From Acidimicrobiia bacterium (GTDB taxonomy: Bacteria; Actinomycetota; Acidimicrobiia; Spongiisociales; UBA5794), in the NCBI GenBank assembly GCA_035458525.1, contig DATHZQ010000151.1, positions 17,104-81,103 on the forward strand: a DNA stretch of 64,000 nt, in the 5' to 3' direction. Position 1 is the first letter of the stretch. Every line of letters begins with the position of its first letter. The notes beneath the pieces were generated by a model, which worked only from the letters and a program-made list of their open reading frames with translations, did no database searches and was not told where the DNA came from. This document shows, one piece after another, positions 59,428 through 64,000 of this stretch. The position numbers were made by a program, and so were the translations under genes.

Positions 59428-60327
59428 ATGCGCAACTCCGGCGGATCGAGCTCCTTGGCGCTGGAGAGCATTCCGGCACTCGACGCGTTGCTGAGAAGCG
59501 ACGGCTATCTGCCCGATAGGGGGCTCAGCACGGCGGCATTCATCGCGATCACCGTCGGCAGACCGCTCCTTCTCGAAGGCGAAGTCGGGGTCGGCAAGAC
59601 CGAACTGGCAAAGACGCTCGCCTCTGTGTTCTCCCGCCGCTTGATCCGGCTGCAGTGCTACGAGGGCATCGATACCAACCAGGCCCTCTACGAGTGGGAC
59701 TATGCGCGTCAAATGCTCCACATTCGAGCGCTATCCGAGCATCGCCTCACGGATGAACAGTCCGTCGATGCACTGTTCGGAGAGAAGTTCCTGCTCGAGC
59801 GCCCGCTTCTCGAAGCGGTGCGGGCGGGTGGAGACTGTGTTCTCCTCATCGACGAGGTAGATCGAGCCGATGACGAGTTCGAGGCGTTTCTGCTGGAGCT
59901 CCTGTCCGACTTCCAGGTCACCATCCCTGAGATCGGCACCATCTCGGCAACCTCCCGACCTCTGGTCGTTCTCACGTCGAACCGCACGAGAGAGCTCCAC
60001 GATGCTCTGAAGCGGCGTTGTTTGTACCACTGGATCGACTACCCGACCGCCGAGCGCGAGGAAGAGATCGTTCGCACGCGGCTCGCAGGAGTGTCGGAAA
60101 CCCTTGCGGCCAAGGCAGTTGCTGCTGTGCACCGCCTTCGAGGGCTCGATCTCGCCAAGCCCCCCGGCGTCGCGGAGACCATCGATTGGGTCGAGGCGCT
60201 GCAGGCGATCGATGCCGACGACCTGGATGAAGACACGTTCAAGTACTCACTCGGATCCGTCATCAAGGATCGAGACGACCTCGACGTCGTGGGGCGACGG
60301 ATCGGGAGCATCATCGGTGGAGACTGA
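59428..60327 (+). CDS. MoxR-family AAA+ ATPase (CoxD-like)
   Basis: The product has a Walker A motif (GEVGVGKT), a Walker B motif (LLIDEVDRAD) and a C-terminal MoxR helical domain. I take the ATG at 59428. Confidence 0.85.
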   Translation: MRNSGGSSSLALESIPALDALLRSDGYLPDRGLSTAAFIAITVGRPLLLEGEVGVGKTELAKTLASVFSRRLIRLQCYEGIDTNQALYEWDYARQMLHIRALSEHRLTDEQSVDALFGEKFLLERPLLEAVRAGGDCVLLIDEVDRADDEFEAFLLELLSDFQVTIPEIGTISATSRPLVVLTSNRTRELHDALKRRCLYHWIDYPTAEREEEIVRTRLAGVSETLAAKAVAAVHRLRGLDLAKPPGVAETIDWVEALQAIDADDLDEDTFKYSLGSVIKDRDDLDVVGRRIGSIIGGD

Positions 60328-61444
60328 CAGGGGTCCCCTCCCGACGCTCCTCGACTTCTCCAGGTTCGTCCGTCGGCGGGATCTTCCCGTCGGAACCGAC
60401 GATGTGATGGCCTTCACCACTGCTGCGGCGCTGCTCGATCCGGGGCGACTGGAGGACATCTACTGGGCTGGGCGCGTCACGCTCGTACACGGTCGCAACC
60501 AAATCCCCATCTACAACGCCTGTTTCACCGAGTACTTTCTCGGCGGCACCTCGGACGATGCATCGCATGCCGTGCCTCGCAAGTTGTCGGCTCGGGGCGC
60601 CGAGTCCGTCTTCGATGTTCCGTCTGGCGACCAGCCGGAGGACGGCCAGGAGCAGGAGGAGACACGCCTCGGCGCTGAAGCCTCGTCCGTGATCGTGAAC
60701 CACTCGAAGGCGTTCGCAGAGTGCACTGACGAGGAGCTCGAGTCGCTTCGACGAATCATCTCGAGCCTCCGGGCCACCCCACCCCTCCGTCGGACCCGCC
60801 GCCACCGCAGCTCCAACCGCGGCCGGCGGCTCGACCTGCGGAAGATGGCGAGGGAGACGATGCGCTCCCACGGAGAGCCTGGCGAGCTCTGGTGGAGGAA
60901 ACGCCGCAAACGGCCACGACCGCTCGTGCTCCTTCTCGACATCTCCGGCTCCATGGCCGATTACTCGCGCAACCTCCTGCAGTTCGCCCACTCTACGCGC
61001 GCAGCGACCTCCCGGATGGAGGCGTTTTGCTTCGGGACGCACCTCACTCGGATCACGCCGTCCTTGCGGAGACGCAACCCTGACGACGCGCTCGAGCAAG
61101 CAGGCAAGGAGGTCGTCGATTGGGCAGGCGGCACGCAGATCGGCGCCTCACTCGACACGTTCGTCCGGCGCTACGCCCGGCGCGGGATGGCGCGCGGGGC
61201 ACTGGTCATCATCTGCTCCGACGGTTTGGATCGCGGCGACCCAGCCCTCCTCGACGATGCGCTCGAGCGGCTTGGCCGGCTGTGCTACCGCATCGTCTGG
61301 ATGAACCCGATGAAAGGGGACGCCGAGCAGTCTGCCCCGACCAGCCTGGGGATGTCGGTGGCGCTTCCCCACATCGACGTTCTGTGGTCCGGACACAACC
61401 TCGCCAACCTCGAGGCATTCGCCGAACAACTGGCGACGATCTGA
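60317..61444 (+). CDS. von Willebrand factor A domain protein (CoxE-like)
   Basis: A GTG at 60317 overlaps the moxR stop by 11 bp. The product has a MIDAS motif (LLLDISGSM), an Arg-rich linker (RRTRRHRSSNRGRR) and a VWA C-terminus. Confidence 0.8.
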   Translation: METDRGPLPTLLDFSRFVRRRDLPVGTDDVMAFTTAAALLDPGRLEDIYWAGRVTLVHGRNQIPIYNACFTEYFLGGTSDDASHAVPRKLSARGAESVFDVPSGDQPEDGQEQEETRLGAEASSVIVNHSKAFAECTDEELESLRRIISSLRATPPLRRTRRHRSSNRGRRLDLRKMARETMRSHGEPGELWWRKRRKRPRPLVLLLDISGSMADYSRNLLQFAHSTRAATSRMEAFCFGTHLTRITPSLRRRNPDDALEQAGKEVVDWAGGTQIGASLDTFVRRYARRGMARGALVIICSDGLDRGDPALLDDALERLGRLCYRIVWMNPMKGDAEQSAPTSLGMSVALPHIDVLWSGHNLANLEAFAEQLATI

Positions 61445-61457
61445 CAGGAGCGGACAC

Positions 61458-61742
61458 ATGCGATGGAGCATTTCGTTGCGGTCCGATGGAGACCGCAAGA
61501 TGGAGCGCGAAGAGATCGTTGAGCTCGCGGACGCAGTGGCCGCCTGGGAGGGAATCGCCAGTGGCATCGGAACCTCGAGCTACGCTGCTCAGTTGGTGAT
61601 CGAGGCCGAGACGGCCGACGCGGCGGTCGACAAGGCAATCGACGTGTTCACCGACGCCGCGCAGCGGGCAGGCCTTCCGCAGTGGCCTGTCGTGTGGGCT
61701 GAGTCGGTGAGCGAGGAGCAGGATCTGGAGGCGTACCAATGA
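61458..61742 (+). CDS. Small hypothetical protein (94 aa)
   Basis: An AGGAG RBS lies 9 nt upstream of the ATG. The product is acidic, helical and soluble. Its stop overlaps the next start (ATGA). Confidence 0.45.
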   Translation: MRWSISLRSDGDRKMEREEIVELADAVAAWEGIASGIGTSSYAAQLVIEAETADAAVDKAIDVFTDAAQRAGLPQWPVVWAESVSEEQDLEAYQ

Positions 61743-62170
61743 TCCGCCTCGGTTCGCTGGGTGGATATCCCTTTGAGGGGCCCAGGGTGCTGGGCGGATG
61801 GAAGGCACCGGACGAGGCGGCGCTGTTCGCCATCCTCACTCGACCTTCGCCGGACACTCAGAGGTTCGAGGTCATCTATCTCGGACACGCAGATGATCTC
61901 TCGGTGTGCGGCTTCCCTTTTGACCATCCTCAGGCTCCCAGTTGGATCGCACGCGCAACCAGCAAGTGGAACCTGTGGATCGCAACCTATGTGATCCCGG
62001 GGGATTCCCGGTCACATCGTGAACGCATCACCGAGGAGCTGCTGGCGATCTACCACCCGAGCTGCAATGGCGAGCAGTTCGACCGGGAATGGAAGCAAGA
62101 GTGGATCGGGTCCTATCGCGCGCCGACGACGAAACCGCTCACGACCCGCCGCGACGCGCCCCCTGGTTGA
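61739..62170 (+). CDS. Hypothetical protein (143 aa)
   Basis: The gene is translationally coupled to the preceding ORF. The product contains FEVIYLGHADDL and conserved Cys/His/Trp residues. There is a faint, unconfirmed resemblance to a GIY-YIG-like core. Confidence 0.4.
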   Translation: MIRLGSLGGYPFEGPRVLGGWKAPDEAALFAILTRPSPDTQRFEVIYLGHADDLSVCGFPFDHPQAPSWIARATSKWNLWIATYVIPGDSRSHRERITEELLAIYHPSCNGEQFDREWKQEWIGSYRAPTTKPLTTRRDAPPG

Positions 62171-62182
62171 GGGGACGCGTCG

Positions 62183-62542
62183 TCAGTCGCTGTCGTACCC
62201 GACACTCTCCAGCAGACGAGATCGCCTCGTCCCCGACGCGGGCGCGGCATGGCCCGAGTCCATTGCGGCGTCGTGGTCGAAGGTGGCACCGGCCACGATC
62301 CGCTCGCCCATGTCGTAGAGCAGCGGAAGCGCTCCGGCGATCACACGCCCGGTGTTGTTGATGCTTCCCAGCCCTGCGTCGATGACCTCTGCGTTCTTCT
62401 TGACATCCCAGACGAGCTCGGAGCACTCCTCCAGAACGGTTGCCACCCGCCCCAGCTGGGATCCGACGATGTAGAGGTAGATGGCGAGTCCTGCGATCAG
62501 GAGGGCGATATCGATGACCGTGAAGACGACGAGACCGTTCAC
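62183..62542 (-). CDS. Small single-pass membrane protein, paralog 1 of a tandem array (TM plus helical ectodomain; DUF948-like architecture)
   Basis: The product starts MNGLVVFTVIDIALLIAGLAIYLYIV, followed by a helical segment. The gene is last in a minus-strand operon. Confidence 0.5.
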   Translation of the reverse strand: MNGLVVFTVIDIALLIAGLAIYLYIVGSQLGRVATVLEECSELVWDVKKNAEVIDAGLGSINNTGRVIAGALPLLYDMGERIVAGATFDHDAAMDSGHAAPASGTRRSRLLESVGYDSD

Positions 62543-62820
62543 GAGCGCACCTTGTCGAGAACCCGACCCAGGAACAGGTGGTGTTTGAGCCCTTCCTCGA
62601 GCACGGCGTCAACCCGCTCCGCCGTGGCGCCGATCAAGGCCGTGTCGTTGGTGTTGGCGACCGCTTGCTTGAGGGTTTCGCGGACCTGCACGACACGCTG
62701 CTCGATGGTCCTGACGAACAGAACGAGAATCGTGAGCAACGCGGCGACTGCAATGACCACGACGAGACCTGCGTAGTTGGCAAACTGCCATAGTTGCTCT
62801 TCGGTGTATCCATCCAGCAT
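62539..62820 (-). CDS. Small single-pass membrane protein, paralog 2
   Basis: The 93-aa product has a TM helix (AGLVVVIAVAALLTILVLFV) followed by an E/Q/L/A-rich helix. It overlaps paralog 1 by 4 bp (ATGA). Confidence 0.5.
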   Translation of the reverse strand: MLDGYTEEQLWQFANYAGLVVVIAVAALLTILVLFVRTIEQRVVQVRETLKQAVANTNDTALIGATAERVDAVLEEGLKHHLFLGRVLDKVRS

Positions 62821-62823
62821 CGG

Positions 62824-63087
62824 TCAACCTCCCAGTCGCTGGCGTCCCCGACGGAGGCCGTCGACGATGATCTCGGCAGATTCCATGGTCGTGTTGAGAT
62901 GGGACAGCGCGGCGGTGTTCTCTGCCGCTCGCTGGAGCCCGGCGTTGACGGCTGCCGCCTGCACGCCGACTCGGTGGGCGAGCACCAGAATCGGCACGAC
63001 CAGGGCCACAACCACCAGCACGACGACGATTCCAATGATGTACCCGACGGTCCATCCGGTTGTCGAGGCGAGGACGAGTTGCGTCAT
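62824..63087 (-). CDS. Small single-pass membrane protein, paralog 3
   Basis: I take the internal ATG at 63087 (MTQLVLASTTGWTVGYIIGIVVVLVVVALVVPILVL...). It lies 3 bp from paralog 2. Confidence 0.45.
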   Translation of the reverse strand: MTQLVLASTTGWTVGYIIGIVVVLVVVALVVPILVLAHRVGVQAAAVNAGLQRAAENTAALSHLNTTMESAEIIVDGLRRGRQRLGG

Positions 63088-63097
63088 CTCTACCTCC

Positions 63098-63325
63098 TCA
63101 GATGCTTTCGGCAAAGGCGCGAACCGGTGCCAGGCTCTCGTTGAGGGACGGCGCGACGACCGGCACGGCGGCGGTCTTGTCGACGATGAGGTCCACGCCT
63201 CCGATAAGGGTGTCAAGCGTCTTGACGACGGCTCGGAGGTGGAAGATCACCCTGAGCAGTCCAAGCGCTGCAGCAGCGATGATGAGGCCTGCAAGGACAA
63301 GTGTGACAATTGCGACAGGTTCCAT
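63098..63325 (-). CDS. Small single-pass membrane protein, paralog 4
   Basis: The 75-aa product starts MEPVAIVTLVLAGLIIAAAALGLL, followed by a helical tail. Confidence 0.5.
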   Translation of the reverse strand: MEPVAIVTLVLAGLIIAAAALGLLRVIFHLRAVVKTLDTLIGGVDLIVDKTAAVPVVAPSLNESLAPVRAFAESI

Positions 63326-63334
63326 GGTTCCCTT

Positions 63335-63589
63335 CTAGCCGAGCAGTTTTCCGACTGAGCCGGCGTATCGCACGGCGCCGTTGGCTACCTCGTCGATGAC
63401 TTCGTCCGTGACGGCGAGCCGATCGGTGACGTGATGGACCTCTTCGATGATCCCGAGCCCGCCGGCGAGGGTCACCTCGGCGGCGCCGCGGATGTCCTCG
63501 AGGGCGGCGAGCACACGGTTCAACAGCGCTACCAGCACCGGCACCACCACCAGTAGGAGCACGAGGTTTCCGATTGTCCAGAGTGACAT
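63335..63589 (-). CDS. Small single-pass membrane protein, paralog 5
   Basis: The 84-aa product starts MSLWTIGNLVLLLVVVPVLVALL, followed by a helical tail. Confidence 0.5.
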   Translation of the reverse strand: MSLWTIGNLVLLLVVVPVLVALLNRVLAALEDIRGAAEVTLAGGLGIIEEVHHVTDRLAVTDEVIDEVANGAVRYAGSVGKLLG

Positions 63590-63602
63590 GTGATTCTCCT
63601 CG

Positions 63603-63959
63603 TCAGTCGGTTGCTGATCGGTAGGGAAGGAAGAAGCGGCGGGCGACGCGGGCGAGCGCCATCCACATCGCCTTGAGGCCGATCATGAATCCGCTCGCCG
63701 AGGATCCGGCTGTGGGCACATAGTCCACGCCCGCCTCGAGTGCCGACAACTGGCCTCGCATGTTGGCGGCGAACTCGTCGAGGAGGACGGCCGTGACGTC
63801 CTGAACCAGGCCGCGCCCGTACTGTGCCGCAGCCCCGGACAGCTGGAGGTCCTGGTCGACGCGGACCCGCGTCCCCGAGTGGTGAGGAATGAGCGCGGCG
63901 TTCACCAGGAGCGCCGCCTGGCCCCGACCCTTCACCTCGGCGCCAGCGGCGTCGACCAC
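63603..63959 (-). CDS. Hypothetical protein with C-terminal amphipathic/hydrophobic segment; probably first visible gene of the same operon (true start may lie beyond the window)
   Basis: The 118-aa ORF ends GFMIGLKAMWMALARVARRFF. It lies 13 bp upstream of paralog 5. Confidence 0.35.
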   Translation of the reverse strand: MVDAAGAEVKGRGQAALLVNAALIPHHSGTRVRVDQDLQLSGAAAQYGRGLVQDVTAVLLDEFAANMRGQLSALEAGVDYVPTAGSSASGFMIGLKAMWMALARVARRFFLPYRSATD

Positions 63960-64000
63960 GATGGACCGCTCGGCCTCGTTCCGCTCCTTGATCTCAGCCT

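Overview
This is a high-GC (roughly 68-70%) chromosomal segment that looks actinobacterial from gene content: NucS/EndoMS, family-5 UdgB, a split suf system, WhiB-less ECF/SigB-type sigma factors and F420/LLM enzymes. Coding density is high, about 65 genes. I found no tRNA or rRNA genes, CRISPR arrays, transposases or integrases.

Main blocks from left to right:
1. 1-11.1 kb: a cell-surface polysaccharide locus. It holds a Wzz-like copolymerase, a CapD/PglF-type sugar dehydratase, three GT4 glycosyltransferases (one fused to a GNAT acetyltransferase), a standalone GNAT, a Wzy/ligase-like membrane protein and a WecA-type initiating phosphotransferase.
2. 11.2-21.3 kb: Fe-S assembly and NAD salvage. 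sufU, pncA and a convergent pncB coupled to an MFS transporter are followed by a thioesterase, a methyltransferase, fumC, a CobB sirtuin coupled to a small membrane protein, and sufC-Rieske-sufD.
3. 21.4-28.4 kb: an M23 peptidase, UdgB, a secreted glycoside-hydrolase-like lipoprotein, a group-2 sigma-70 factor, a radical-SAM SplB-like protein, NucS and two small membrane proteins.
4. 28.4-35 kb: sufB (separated from sufDC), a GNAT, and the glutamate synthase large subunit gltB.
5. 35-40 kb: assorted small enzymes (NAD-binding protein, LLM oxidoreductase, threonine/serine dehydratase, SdpI-like membrane protein, PPOX-like flavoprotein, GNAT), plus a decayed ECF-sigma/Eis-like locus.
6. 40-50 kb: a heterodimeric ABC exporter pair, a PQQ-propeller lipoprotein coupled to an EEP-family membrane protein, an HtrA protease and an M3 oligopeptidase.
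7. 50-57 kb: menaquinone genes menE/menB/menA, a class V aminotransferase, a PfkB kinase, a multiply frameshifted FG-GAP repeat pseudogene, and aqpZ.
8. 58-64 kb: an XdhC-like gene, a small ORF, a MoxR (CoxD-like) ATPase and a VWA (CoxE-like) protein, then two coupled small ORFs. These converge on a tandem array of at least five paralogous small single-pass membrane proteins that runs off the window end.

Findings I would look at first:
- the small-membrane-protein array at the right edge;
- the MoxR/VWA/XdhC module with no client enzyme in the window;
- the fragmented suf system with a perfect 16-bp palindrome upstream of sufB;
- the GT4-GNAT fusion and the lysine-less kinase-like Walker A in the Wzz-like protein;
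- two loci of gene decay.
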